DNA of 47,623 nucleotides, from the IMG/VR virus record IMGVR_UViG_2541047816_000005, positions 1 to 47,623 of that record, one strand, 5' to 3'. The notes under the pieces were generated by a model. It saw only the letters and a program-made list of their open reading frames with translations. It was not told the DNA's origin and did no database searches. Position numbers and translations under genes: made by a program. Origin of the DNA: a virus. Lineage: Duplodnaviria > Heunggongvirae > Uroviricota > Caudoviricetes. Below, one piece after another: positions 10,408-19,464 of the stretch. The stretch's first letter is position 1. Each line of letters begins with the position of its first letter.

Positions 10408-10748
10408 CAGTTCACCACCTGCTCAATCGTACAACTGAAATCACTGTACCTGGCGTTATCTGTGACGCTCCACTCCCGGCATACCACCCTCACCGTCCGG
10501 TTATGTTTCGGCGGTCGCCACAAAAAGGCACGGTAACCACCATGCCAGGATAAAAATTCATCCAGCCAGCGCCGGGTTGGTTCATCCGTCACCCGGAACA
10601 CCGCCTGAAACGTCTTCAGTCTGGCATTAAGTCCCGTCGGTCGGCGCTGTTCATAACCGTCACCAAACCGAACCCTCACCACCGACGGTTTCTCACTCAC
10701 CTGCATCCCTTCACGCGGGACCAGATGCAGCGTTTTTATCTCAGCCAC
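10407..10748 (-). CDS. M: minor tail protein M
   Basis: 113 aa; VRFGDGYEQR...FLW.PP...EQVVN as in lambda gpM; start overlaps the L end. Confidence 0.85.
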   Translation of the reverse strand: MAEIKTLHLVPREGMQVSEKPSVVRVRFGDGYEQRRPTGLNARLKTFQAVFRVTDEPTRRWLDEFLSWHGGYRAFLWRPPKHNRTVRVVCREWSVTDNARYSDFSCTIEQVVN

Positions 10749-13700
10749 TCAGCATTCCTCCGTCACGTCGCATGGACAGCATCACCGCCTGCACCCGCTG
10801 GTCAATCAGCTGCACAAGACTGCCTGCCGCCTCCGGCCCTATCTGTCCGTTAGCCCCGTCATTCTGAATGGCGATGTGGTAGACCGGGGAATACACCAGA
10901 CCGGCACTGCCGTTCATACTGCCCACCGCGCGTACGCCCAGCGAGCCATCCGCCGCCCGGGTCAGGGGCATAATGGCTTCAGGTCCGGCTTCCCCCATCA
11001 GCCCGGCCCCTTTTGCAAACGCAAAGTACGTGGGCGTGTCCACAATGCTGTTGCTGTACGCACTCAGGTTTGCCGAGGTATACACGCCGCCTTTTGCATT
11101 GGCCACCGCACCGCCCAGCCAGTCACCAATGCTGCCAATAAATCCTCCCGCACCGGACATACCGTTTGCCGCCGTCTTAATTCCGTTGACAATCGCGGCA
11201 TTCATAAGAACTTTTGAGATTTCCTGCAGTACGGATGAGGCCCAGTTGCGCCATTCCACTTTGTTTCCGTTCAGCATCTCCGTGATGTTATTCACCAGTC
11301 CTGAAATCCCCTCCGTTGCCAGCTGTGCTGCCTGAGAGGCGTAATCGGATGCATTGTCCACCCAGTTACTGAGCCCCTCCTGCAAGCCTTTCTGCCAGTC
11401 CGCACGCTGCGCATCCGATTCGGCATAAAAGGCTGCCTGGTCCTTAAGGCGTTCGCTCAGATACTGCGCGTTCTGTGCCCGTGCCTGTCTGTAAAAATCC
11501 TCACTGATATCCCCGGTCTGATACTGAGACTGAAGGTCCGCATCCTTCTGGCGGAAGCTGTCGCGGATCTGCTGCAACTCCCGCATGCGTTCCCTGGCTC
11601 GTTCTCCCTGCCCGTACCCCAGCAGTTCGGCTTCATTTGATGCACGCGCAGCCACATTATCATTCTTCAGGGTCTCTTCCCGGGATCGCAACTGTTCCCG
11701 GATTTTTTGCTGGTCAATCAGGGCCGCATTGCGCAGCAGTTCCTGCTTCTGTATCTCCGTCAGGGTTTTCAGTTCGCCCTGCGCTGTCTGGTACTTCAGC
11801 TTCGCCAGCTCTGTATTCTGACCCGCCAGTGCCAGTTGCTCTTTCTGCTGCTTCAGTAGCCGGGAAAAACTGTCTTCCGCTTTTTCCGTCTCTGATTTTC
11901 CACCCCGGGATTTGGTTTTATTCGCCTCGTTATTGCGCCAGGCTTCCAGGGCATTACTGATATAACGTTGTCTCGCCTCCTGATACGGATCACCCACAAA
12001 ACCGAGGTCATCCGCCGCATACCCCAGTCGGACACGCTCTTTTTCTTCCCCTTTCAGTCTGGACAGGGCCAGCTCACGCTCTGTTTTTGTCAGGGCACTC
12101 TGCTGTTTATCATCCAGAGTGGCCTGTGGCAGCCGTAACGGCACATTCACCAGTCCCTGCCGCTGCTGAAGCAGTTCATTCCCCAGCCCCAGCAGACGGT
12201 TGAATTCCGTATGCTGAACATTCGTCTGCAGTAATGCCTGGTATGCCCTGTTCTGCTCTGCCGCCTCCTCACGTATCCTCGCCACACGGTTGTATTCCAG
12301 TGACGCCAGCGTTTCCTGTACAGACTTCGCCTTTTCCTGTATCTGTGTCAGGCGTGACTGCTCGACCGCCAGCCTGCCGGTTGCCTCCGCAAGGCCGTGG
12401 GTTATAATCTCCGCACCTGAACCACCCTGTGGATTTTCCTGCAGCCAGCGCTGATAGTCAGCAATCTGTGTTTTCAGTCCCCGGACTTTACTTTCCTGCT
12501 CAGCAATCAGACGATTCTGCTCTTCCAGTGCCTCGCGGGTTTTACCCTCATTATCAGCCAGTTCCGGAAGGGTCATTCCCGGTACCTTTGCCCGGATTTC
12601 ATCAATCGTCGATGCATACTGACGGGCGGACTCCCTGGCCTGTTCCTGATTCTGGTACACCGTGTACCAGGCACCGGCTCCCAGCATCAGTAAACCGGGT
12701 ATCCCGCCGACAAGCGAAAGCAGGGATGCCGCGCCACTTTTCAGCATTCCCGTAACCGACGTGGCATTCTCCAGCGCCTTCCTCGAGGCCGCCACCGCCT
12801 GATTCGACTGTACCAGTGCGGCATTGGCCACAATCATGGCCCGGCGTTTTGCGACGGCATTCTGTGTGGCCAGCGCCTCCGCACTGGTGTTTCTGGCCAG
12901 TGCAAGTTCAGCCTGTGCCAGTTGCCAGGCACGTTCTGCCGCCAGCGCGTCAGCTGCCGCCTTACGCTGCACCTGAACAGACGCATCTGCCTGTGCGGCT
13001 GCCAGGGCAACCGTCCCGGACTTCGCCGCGATCAGCTCTGTGGTGGCCTTTCCCACGCCTGCGGCCATATTGCCAAAGTACCGGGCCACCCCGACAGCAA
13101 CCAGCACGCCCGCCGCCGCGGCCACATTATCAATATGTCCGGCCACACCATTCAGCACGCCGGAGAGCGTTTTCGTCGAGCCGCTGGCCTCATTCACACC
13201 GCCCACCCAGGCCATAAAGGCGTTTTCCACCTTTGTGATACTACCGGAAACCGTTTCCGGCATGGCCGCATATTCATCACGTAATATCCCCAGCTGGCTG
13301 ATTAACGCGGGGACCACTTTATCCGCTGTCAGTTTTCCGTCATCCGCCATTGCCTTCAGATCTTTACGGGCCACACCCATCCCCGCAGCAAGCGCGCGGA
13401 TCACCCGGTCGCAATTTTCGTTAACAGCATTAAATTCTTCGCCACGCAGTACACCCTGTGCCAGTGCCTGGCTGAACTGGGTGATCACCGAACCGGATTC
13501 CGCAACTCCAGCCCCTGACAGTTTCAGTCCTGTCGAAATGGCCTCCGTCACCTTCAGCACATCATCAGCACTGTAACCATATTCACGCATCGAGGCAGCC
13601 GAACGGGCAAACAGGGCCGCATTATCCGAAAACGCGGTACCTGTCCGCTGACTGATATCCATCAGCACTTTCTGTGATGACGAAAATTCATCGGATGACT

Positions 13701-14007
13701 GCGACGCCTGTTTCAGACGGGCATTTACGGAACTCCACTCATCCGCCAGTGAAATCAGGTGTCCGGTGGCAAAGGCACCGGCAAATGCGCCAGCCACTCC
13801 GACAGCAGAACCGCGAATTTCCGTCAACTGGCTGTTCAGCTCAGCCAGGGCGCGTCGCTGCTCCCGGGCGACTGCGGCAGCCTGACGCCCGCCATTCTGC
13901 AGGGTCCGGTAATATTCACTGCCCATGCGGGAAGCCCGCTGGATCTCCGACTGGAATGACTGCGAATTTGCCGAAATTTTGATAATCAGTTCACGTAACG
14001 TCGCCAT
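10741..14007 (-). CDS. H: tail tape measure protein H
   Basis: 1088 aa, coiled-coil rich; C-terminal NDGANGQIGPEAA...RDGGMLSG matches the lambda gpH C-terminus. Confidence 0.85.
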   Translation of the reverse strand: MATLRELIIKISANSQSFQSEIQRASRMGSEYYRTLQNGGRQAAAVAREQRRALAELNSQLTEIRGSAVGVAGAFAGAFATGHLISLADEWSSVNARLKQASQSSDEFSSSQKVLMDISQRTGTAFSDNAALFARSAASMREYGYSADDVLKVTEAISTGLKLSGAGVAESGSVITQFSQALAQGVLRGEEFNAVNENCDRVIRALAAGMGVARKDLKAMADDGKLTADKVVPALISQLGILRDEYAAMPETVSGSITKVENAFMAWVGGVNEASGSTKTLSGVLNGVAGHIDNVAAAAGVLVAVGVARYFGNMAAGVGKATTELIAAKSGTVALAAAQADASVQVQRKAAADALAAERAWQLAQAELALARNTSAEALATQNAVAKRRAMIVANAALVQSNQAVAASRKALENATSVTGMLKSGAASLLSLVGGIPGLLMLGAGAWYTVYQNQEQARESARQYASTIDEIRAKVPGMTLPELADNEGKTREALEEQNRLIAEQESKVRGLKTQIADYQRWLQENPQGGSGAEIITHGLAEATGRLAVEQSRLTQIQEKAKSVQETLASLEYNRVARIREEAAEQNRAYQALLQTNVQHTEFNRLLGLGNELLQQRQGLVNVPLRLPQATLDDKQQSALTKTERELALSRLKGEEKERVRLGYAADDLGFVGDPYQEARQRYISNALEAWRNNEANKTKSRGGKSETEKAEDSFSRLLKQQKEQLALAGQNTELAKLKYQTAQGELKTLTEIQKQELLRNAALIDQQKIREQLRSREETLKNDNVAARASNEAELLGYGQGERARERMRELQQIRDSFRQKDADLQSQYQTGDISEDFYRQARAQNAQYLSERLKDQAAFYAESDAQRADWQKGLQEGLSNWVDNASDYASQAAQLATEGISGLVNNITEMLNGNKVEWRNWASSVLQEISKVLMNAAIVNGIKTAANGMSGAGGFIGSIGDWLGGAVANAKGGVYTSANLSAYSNSIVDTPTYFAFAKGAGLMGEAGPEAIMPLTRAADGSLGVRAVGSMNGSAGLVYSPVYHIAIQNDGANGQIGPEAAGSLVQLIDQRVQAVMLSMRRDGGMLSG

Positions 14008-14054
14008 TCACCTTTCTCCGGACGAAAAAAAACCGCCTCAGCGGTTCTCATCAT

Positions 14055-14761
14055 TTATGACTGTGCAGCAAGGCTCAGCGCGTCTTCCAGTCCCGCAAAA
14101 GGATCCGCTTCCGGCTTGTCCTCATCCTCGCCCCAGCAGAGCATGGCGTCCTTCAGTGAAACATTCATCCCCTGCGCCCCGAAAACCGCTTTCACGATCT
14201 GCGCATTACGGATATCCCCGCGCTCATCGCCCAGCGGGGACACCCTGTCGAACTCCATCCACATCATCGCCTCGCTCGCACTCAGACTGTGGCGCAGTTC
14301 GGATAAGGTGCGCCCCAGACGGAGCGCAAGTCGCATCAGAAAGCGAATTTCCGGGCGGGCTACTTTTTTCTTGCCGACTCAGCATCGGTGATCAGTTCCA
14401 GTGCCTGACGCAGCAACCGGGCATGCACCGGACCATAGACAGCCAGCACCTGCTCGCGATCATCTGCGGTGAACACACGTTTCATGTCCTTATCACACAG
14501 AACATCACAGAACAACGTCACATCCGCCTCCAGGTTACGGCGGGTTTTTGCCACCACCGACAGGGTATCGTCACCCGCATCATCGCCATTAAGAACTTCC
14601 CGCCAAAGATACCAGGCCTCTGCCGAAGGCTCGCGCAGCACCACGCTGACATTCCCCCATTCCGGCACCTTCACCGTTTTATGACGAAATCCGGACAGTC
14701 TGGCCAGCGCCAGTGTTTTCAGATCTTTTGCCATCGGATTATCCTTATCAACCTGCGCCAT
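14055..14761 (-). CDS. tail assembly chaperone G-T fusion made by programmed -1 frameshift
   Basis: slippery heptamer AAAAAAG (plus 14363..14369 as CTTTTTT); the -1 frame stays open to 14055; frame arithmetic checked by codon position. Confidence 0.55.
14360..14761 (-). CDS. G: tail assembly chaperone G (upstream frame)
   Basis: 133 aa between major tail protein and tape measure; ends ...ESARKK with slippery A AAA AAG immediately before the stop. Confidence 0.7.
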   Translation of the reverse strand: MAQVDKDNPMAKDLKTLALARLSGFRHKTVKVPEWGNVSVVLREPSAEAWYLWREVLNGDDAGDDTLSVVAKTRRNLEADVTLFCDVLCDKDMKRVFTADDREQVLAVYGPVHARLLRQALELITDAESARKK

Positions 14762-15461
14762 TTACCGTTACCGTGCACGCGTCAGAGGTAATTCTCTGCG
14801 GCTGTTCTGCAGAATCCGTTACCATGCAGGTATAAGCCCCCTTATCACCTGACTGCGTATTGGCTTTACTGAAAGTGTCAGTAGTCTGTCCCTCGACCGG
14901 CTGACCATCCTTCTTCCAGGCGTATTTATAAGGCGGCGTTCCCCCGTTGACACTGACTGACATTGTCAGCAGCGCACCGGTATTCACGGTAAGCTTCGCC
15001 TCCGGCTTTTTAACAAACGCCAGCGGTACCACATAGGACACCGGTTTGCCTTTCAGACGCAGTGAAAACGTTGCTGCCACCACGCCGTTGGTACCGGATG
15101 ACCAGGTGTGCTGACGCACTTCCGCCAGGAACTTAAAGCCCTTACCGGACGGAAACTGCACCTTAAACGCATACAACGAGTCATTGTCATAGGCATCACG
15201 CAGGGCGTTCTGGGCCTGATTCAGATAAAAATTACCCGACATGGAAATCTCAGACGACGCCCCCAGACCGTTGATGTTCTCCTGCTCGGTGGAGCAGAGC
15301 GTGGTCACATCAATATCCTGTTTCTGACCGGCGGTGAACTGGACTTCCTTGATGGTGCAATCCAGGCGCAGATATTCCGCCTTATCCATAGTTTCAGCAG
15401 TCGCCGGGGCAGATGAAATCATCACCTGCGTCAGCTGTGAGCGTTCATACAAAGCAGACAT
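14748..15461 (-). CDS. V: major tail protein with C-terminal Ig-like domain
   Basis: start set at internal ATG 15461 preceded by AGGAGG; position before G/T; C-terminal Ig-like repeat typical of major tail proteins. Confidence 0.75.
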   Translation of the reverse strand: MSALYERSQLTQVMISSAPATAETMDKAEYLRLDCTIKEVQFTAGQKQDIDVTTLCSTEQENINGLGASSEISMSGNFYLNQAQNALRDAYDNDSLYAFKVQFPSGKGFKFLAEVRQHTWSSGTNGVVAATFSLRLKGKPVSYVVPLAFVKKPEAKLTVNTGALLTMSVSVNGGTPPYKYAWKKDGQPVEGQTTDTFSKANTQSGDKGAYTCMVTDSAEQPQRITSDACTVTVNGAG

Positions 15462-15525
15462 TCTGCCTCCTGATAATAAAAAACCCGCACGCGGCGGGGT
15501 ATGGTTTTGTAGAAAAAAGAAAAAG

Positions 15526-15870
15526 TCACACCGTGACCTGAAACTCCAGGGTTGCACGGTAACAGCGGTTTTCCGGAATATAGTCCTGCATTTCACTGAC
15601 GGATCCCGGGGCCAGCAGCATTATGGCTTCACGGGCGTCCTGACGTATCTGACGCGCCTGCGTCACAGTCCCGGCATAAACGTCTATCTGCACCGACACT
15701 GAGGACTCCGCCTGCCCGCCCATCACGTCCGCTGACACCGATGAAATCAGGCTGAAAACCACCCACGGAAGCGCCACCGACGGCCTGCCATCCAGCAGGG
15801 GGACCACATACGGGTACACCTGCCCGCCGGCAAGATGCGCCAGATGAGGATACAAATCCGCCTCCGTCAT
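15526..15870 (-). CDS. tail terminator / tail completion protein (U-like position)
   Basis: 114 aa ORF immediately upstream of the major tail gene, overlapping the next gene; assigned by synteny. Confidence 0.5.
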   Translation of the reverse strand: MTEADLYPHLAHLAGGQVYPYVVPLLDGRPSVALPWVVFSLISSVSADVMGGQAESSVSVQIDVYAGTVTQARQIRQDAREAIMLLAPGSVSEMQDYIPENRCYRATLEFQVTV

Positions 15871-16313
15871 CGTCTCAGTACCTCATCAATGGCCCGGTTC
15901 ATCCGCGCAATCGCCACCTGAGCTGCCTGTTCACTGCGCACATCAAACGCCGGGCGCACAAACGGGTGCGGTGGCATATTCACAGTCCCCATTTCCACAA
16001 ACCGCCAGTAGAAAGCATTGCGCGGGTTATCCGCCTTCATAGTGTTATCGCTGTTACCGGTGTCCGGATTAACACCACGGATATGGACACCGGATTCCAT
16101 CCCGCCATCGCGGGAGCGCCGGGAAAGGATCACCACATTGCGGCGCAGTTTTCCCCTGCGTACCGGTGCCCGTGACACCACTTCTTCTTTCAGCACATTC
16201 GCACCCGCACGGGTTGCCTCACGCAGCACCCGGTTATTTTCCGCACCACTCAGAAGCTGCAAATCGCGGCTGATGTCCTCCAGCCCCGAAAAATCCAGCA
16301 GGGTTTCGATCAT
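15867..16313 (-). CDS. HK97 gp10-family tail component
   Basis: 148 aa; synteny between head-tail joining genes and tail terminator. Confidence 0.5.
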   Translation of the reverse strand: MIETLLDFSGLEDISRDLQLLSGAENNRVLREATRAGANVLKEEVVSRAPVRRGKLRRNVVILSRRSRDGGMESGVHIRGVNPDTGNSDNTMKADNPRNAFYWRFVEMGTVNMPPHPFVRPAFDVRSEQAAQVAIARMNRAIDEVLRR

Positions 16314-16660
16314 TTTTCCCCTCCCAGCCGACAGAGAATTTCCAGACGCCCGCCGGTCGCATCCGGCACGGGCAGCCCGACAACGTTCAGGATCCGGTCA
16401 CGCCATGGACCACTCAGCACATGAAGTCGTGACGCTGCCGTGATTTCCCGACCGGACTGACCGCGCACCCAGATGCGGATTTCCGCCTGCGCCATTTCCG
16501 CACCGGACTGCATCCGCTCCCGGCTGCTCCTGCCACGGATATCCGCATGAATTTTCCCGCATGACACCCATTCTTCCGTCATTTCTCCGGCAGCGTTACG
16601 GGTTAACACCGGATTCAGAACACTTATCATCTGTGTCAGACGACCTGCAGATATTGCCAT
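16310..16660 (-). CDS. head-tail adaptor / head closure protein
   Basis: 116 aa; synteny and size. Confidence 0.5.
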   Translation of the reverse strand: MAISAGRLTQMISVLNPVLTRNAAGEMTEEWVSCGKIHADIRGRSSRERMQSGAEMAQAEIRIWVRGQSGREITAASRLHVLSGPWRDRILNVVGLPVPDATGGRLEILCRLGGEK

Positions 16661-16669
16661 TCCCCCTCC

Positions 16670-16996
16670 TCATAACACCGTCGGACAACGCAAATCGTAA
16701 ATCAGCACGGAAACAGAAAACGGCAGCTCCCCCTGAAGCAGTTCTTCCCGCTCCGCAAGATCCGGATTCCGGTACAGCATCCCGGTCAGTCGCATGGCAG
16801 CCCCCTTCATCCGGGTTAATGCCTCGCCCGGGATCAGTTCACCGTCCTCACGGATCACTTTATCCCGGCTGCCCTGAATGTAGGCCAGCAGCACGGCGGT
16901 AGCCTGACGAACCTTGTCCATCAGCATGTCATCATCCGCGTCATGGTCGACACGCAGATGTGCCTTGATCTCTTCCAGTGTCAGTAATGCCGTCAT
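16670..16996 (-). CDS. gp6-like head-tail connector protein
   Basis: 108 aa; MTALLTLEEIKAHLRVDHDADDDML is the typical N-terminal signature of this family. Confidence 0.55.
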   Translation of the reverse strand: MTALLTLEEIKAHLRVDHDADDDMLMDKVRQATAVLLAYIQGSRDKVIREDGELIPGEALTRMKGAAMRLTGMLYRNPDLAEREELLQGELPFSVSVLIYDLRCPTVL

Positions 16997-17892
16997 TTTC
17001 CGCCTCCTGCATCCCGCCCACGTTTTGCAGCCAGGGTCCAGGCTGATGAATGAGCTTCTCCGGGTTTATCTTCGGTCATACTGTTGCAGTGCCACAGCGA
17101 GCCCCCCCACGTCACCGTATCGCCGGGGTGGTAGGTTTCACCGGCTCTGAACACACCGCGGTAGAGCATCACCGGCAGGGAAAATGTTTTTTCCGTACGC
17201 TGGCCACTGCTCTGCCGGACCACCACAGAGAACAACCGCTCACCCGTCATGCTGACGTCAATATCCGCCACCCCGTCAACCAGGCATTCCCATCCCCGCA
17301 TCCCGTGCGTTTTTTCATACGCCCGCCAGAGTCCGCCCTGGTGTGTGGCATACGTGCCCCGGGGAAAGGATTTTTGCTCATCAATCGCCGGGAATATTTC
17401 CAGTGCCGTGGCATCACGCCCGTCCTGTGGAGCCGGCAGGGCACTCACCGCATCCAGAACCGCCTTCTGCAGAACTTCCGGATCGTAGTCACGACCGTCG
17501 CGCGGAACGGGGATATGACTCACTGCGTCCTTCACCATCTGCTCGATCATCGGGCGTACATCATCCGCAGTGACACTTTTACCGTCCGCCGGTACCGGTA
17601 TTTTCGCGACCGCATCATTCACCGCCTGCTGCAGCACCTCCGGATCATAATCACGACCATCGCGCGGTACCGGAATGGCCCCCACGGCGTCATTCATCAT
17701 CGCCTGCAGAACAGGGCGCACCTCATCCACCGTCACATGCTTCTGTAACAGAGCAGACAGGGAAGCCAGTTTCTCTTCAAACGCCCCCGACTGTGCGGCC
17801 ATCTTCTCCTCAAATGTGCGCTGTAAATCCGCCAGCACCGTGGCGAATTCTTCACCCAGCGCACGGATAATGGACAGTTCACGCTCTGTCAT
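16993..17892 (-). CDS. head-associated protein with internal tandem repeats (possible decoration protein)
   Basis: 299 aa; repeated IPVPRDGRDYDPEVLQ.AV.DAV units and N-terminal coiled coil; mirrored by DNA repeats near 17460-17690. Confidence 0.5.
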   Translation of the reverse strand: MTERELSIIRALGEEFATVLADLQRTFEEKMAAQSGAFEEKLASLSALLQKHVTVDEVRPVLQAMMNDAVGAIPVPRDGRDYDPEVLQQAVNDAVAKIPVPADGKSVTADDVRPMIEQMVKDAVSHIPVPRDGRDYDPEVLQKAVLDAVSALPAPQDGRDATALEIFPAIDEQKSFPRGTYATHQGGLWRAYEKTHGMRGWECLVDGVADIDVSMTGERLFSVVVRQSSGQRTEKTFSLPVMLYRGVFRAGETYHPGDTVTWGGSLWHCNSMTEDKPGEAHSSAWTLAAKRGRDAGGGK

Positions 17893-19253
17893 TTTCGCAG
17901 TATCCCCCTGAACATCGCCTTCACCGCATCACGCTCTGTTTCGCTTATGGCCTTATTACCGTCAGATGCGCCGTCAGGCAGTTGTGATGAAACTGTTTTC
18001 CCGGTCGACGCGAACGGATCCTCACGGGCATCACGACGGGACAGCGCCTCCAGACTGTAGTTCTGCTGCTGAAGATACAGTGCATCACCGCCGGCCAGAG
18101 GCGGCAGGTTCTCCCGTTTACGGGCCTCATTGGGCGTGAGAAGCGTATTTTTCACCGCATCCCCCAGCGTTTTCATGCGCCGCTCACTGTCCATTCTCAG
18201 CAGCGTGGTGACATCAAATTCTGTACTCTCGTTTTCCCCCGTTTCCAGCGCCTCATCCAGTAACAGTTCAATGGACTCAATCAGCGTCTGCAGGCACTGG
18301 GAATAATACTGCTGCTCCAGCGCCTCCACGTTGTCACTGGAAGGCGGTTGTCCCACGCCAATCTTGTAGGCCGGGACACGGAACACCGAACAGACAATTT
18401 CAGCAGTCATCTTCAGTTGTTCCACCGTCTGCGCATCCACCGGTGAAAACGTCGTGGGGTTGTATTTTGCCCCGTTGCTCAGAATGGCCGTTTTCCCCGC
18501 ATTTTCGCCTGTATACCCGCTGTCCCAGTTGCTCTTCAGTTTTTTCGCATTTTCTTCCGTAATACTGCCGGGGATCTCAATCACCCCGGACGGCCTGCCG
18601 CCATTTCTGAAAAAAGACGTTGAATTTGCCTGAATATGATGCCCCTGCGTGGCCGCCAGCCCGGCAGCATACACCGGCGGCAGCCCCACAAGCGGATGAA
18701 AAAAACAGTTAAACCGGTCGTGGATCACTTCCCTGGCAGGCACCGTCACCGCCTCAGTGATCCCGCAGTTCCGGTCCGGTGTAATGCGATAGAACACCTC
18801 GCCGTCATCCGCCACCAGAGGTTCAACCCGGCTCCAGTCCAGAATACGCAGTTCTTTGATCTGCCCCCGGGAGTTACGGATTTTCAGCACCACCGTATTG
18901 CCGTGACGCAGTTTGGCGTTCAGCCACAGTTCAAAAAACTGGATACGATTCTGCTGTGCATTGGGACGACGACAGAGACGGGCAATATCCCCCTGCCGTT
19001 TTTCACGGCGGATCCCCTGTGTATCGGTCTGCATCAGGCGCAGCCGCATTTTGGCGATATCCTGGGATATCAGCGAAATGCAAGAAAACACCGCGTGAAA
19101 GGACAAAACGGTTTCCGGATCGGCTTTCACACCCTGCTGCCAGGCACCGGCAAAAGGCTCAGCCACCGCCTGAAACAGGCTGGTCCAGCCCACCTCTTTT
19201 ACATCACGTCCTGATTTCTGGTTTTTTCGGGTTCGCCACAAAAGGTTCCACAT
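17889..19253 (-). CDS. portal protein (HK97 family)
   Basis: 454 aa; SFHAVFSCISLISQDIAKM and FFRNGGRPSGVIEIPG...FRVPAYKIGV resemble conserved portal blocks. Confidence 0.75.
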   Translation of the reverse strand: MWNLLWRTRKNQKSGRDVKEVGWTSLFQAVAEPFAGAWQQGVKADPETVLSFHAVFSCISLISQDIAKMRLRLMQTDTQGIRREKRQGDIARLCRRPNAQQNRIQFFELWLNAKLRHGNTVVLKIRNSRGQIKELRILDWSRVEPLVADDGEVFYRITPDRNCGITEAVTVPAREVIHDRFNCFFHPLVGLPPVYAAGLAATQGHHIQANSTSFFRNGGRPSGVIEIPGSITEENAKKLKSNWDSGYTGENAGKTAILSNGAKYNPTTFSPVDAQTVEQLKMTAEIVCSVFRVPAYKIGVGQPPSSDNVEALEQQYYSQCLQTLIESIELLLDEALETGENESTEFDVTTLLRMDSERRMKTLGDAVKNTLLTPNEARKRENLPPLAGGDALYLQQQNYSLEALSRRDAREDPFASTGKTVSSQLPDGASDGNKAISETERDAVKAMFRGILRK

Positions 19254-19464
19254 TCGCCATGCTCCGCATCACGTTTCTTTTTCTGACCTGCCGGACGTCG
19301 CACTGTGATGTACTCCGCCTTCCCCAGGCGAACCAGCACCTCCGCACACGGCTGTGCCACATCACGGATATCCCCGGCCCGGGCATCATGCGTGCCCTGC
19401 AGATACTGGATTTTTGCCATCAGTTACTGCGGGAAGCTCGCGCCTCCCGCCCTCCTCATCAGAC

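Noticed and set aside
12816-14791. Plus-strand ORFs of 133 to 288 aa over H and G/T
   Set aside because: Antisense to the tape measure and chaperone genes; Pro/Arg-rich.
17050-17748. 232 aa plus-strand ORF
   Set aside because: Antisense to the repeat-containing head protein; His/Arg-rich artefact.
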